DNA of 64,000 bases from Glycera tridactyla (lineage: Eukaryota), in NCBI GenBank assembly GCA_965644265.1, contig OZ286459.1:92690001-92754000 (forward strand), in the 5' to 3' direction. Every line of letters begins with the position of its first letter. The first letter of the stretch is position 1. Below, one piece after another: positions 63,546 through 64,000 of the stretch. The notes under the pieces are model-generated. The model saw only the letters and a program-made list of their open reading frames with translations. It made no database searches and was not told the origin of the DNA. The position numbers and the translations under genes were made by a program.

Positions 63546-64000
63546 CTGTAAAAGGCAGAATAATACATCAATTGTACGACATTGAACATTTCCATATCAG
63601 ACTGAACAAATAAGGTATATTTTTGTCTGGTTCATGATCGTCATCTCGACATAATATGAGCTATAGCTCGGTCTGATTGAGCCAGATGGTTGAAAGCCAG
63701 GTGTTCTGTCCCCTACCGGCTTCACTTGAACAAACCCTGAACATAAGATGATGGGGAATCCGAGAGATCGTTCAGTGGGAGAAACTGACAGTCCAGACAC
63801 ACCTCTAAGTATATTTCATGGACACGGTGAACCTAAAGATGGTATATCTAGATATGTAAGTTGCTGGGAGCTGTCACACCATATTTATGTACCATTTATG
63901 TGCCATTACTGGACTTCCAATGTGAGGTATCATCCTATGGTCTATTTATATAAGTACTTGATGGCATGATGTGTATCTATGATATATCCCTCTTGAATAT

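Overview
Animal (invertebrate-like) genomic DNA with spliceosomal genes, many MITE-like repeats and seven N gaps. (1) On +, the 3' half of ADAM10/kuzbanian: 8 coding exons at 3860-21437, from the end of the metalloprotease domain through disintegrin, Cys-rich, TM and tail. It needs a minor-spliceosome AT-AC intron at 11471-14271. (2) At 25765-31907 (+), an apparently intact, young Penelope-like retroelement, probably Neptune-type. It has an 872-aa ORF1 overlapping an RT + GIY-YIG ORF2 and identical 59-bp terminal direct repeats. It also has a hammerhead ribozyme whose cleavage-site strand lies about 190 nt from its core and is the sequence duplicated at the 5' end. The element sits in an (AT)n tract inside an older repeat. 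(3) A hammerhead-bearing inverted repeat at 39747-40072. (4) On -, 20 exons from 63545 to 46202 that splice in one frame with canonical GT-AG sites. They give at least 1,775 aa: six PLAT/LH2 domains with Lys/Asp/Glu-rich linkers, a probable winged helix, and a nucleoside-phosphorylase-like C-terminal domain. No rRNA, tRNA or CRISPR was recognised. All calls come from manual reading, with no searches run.
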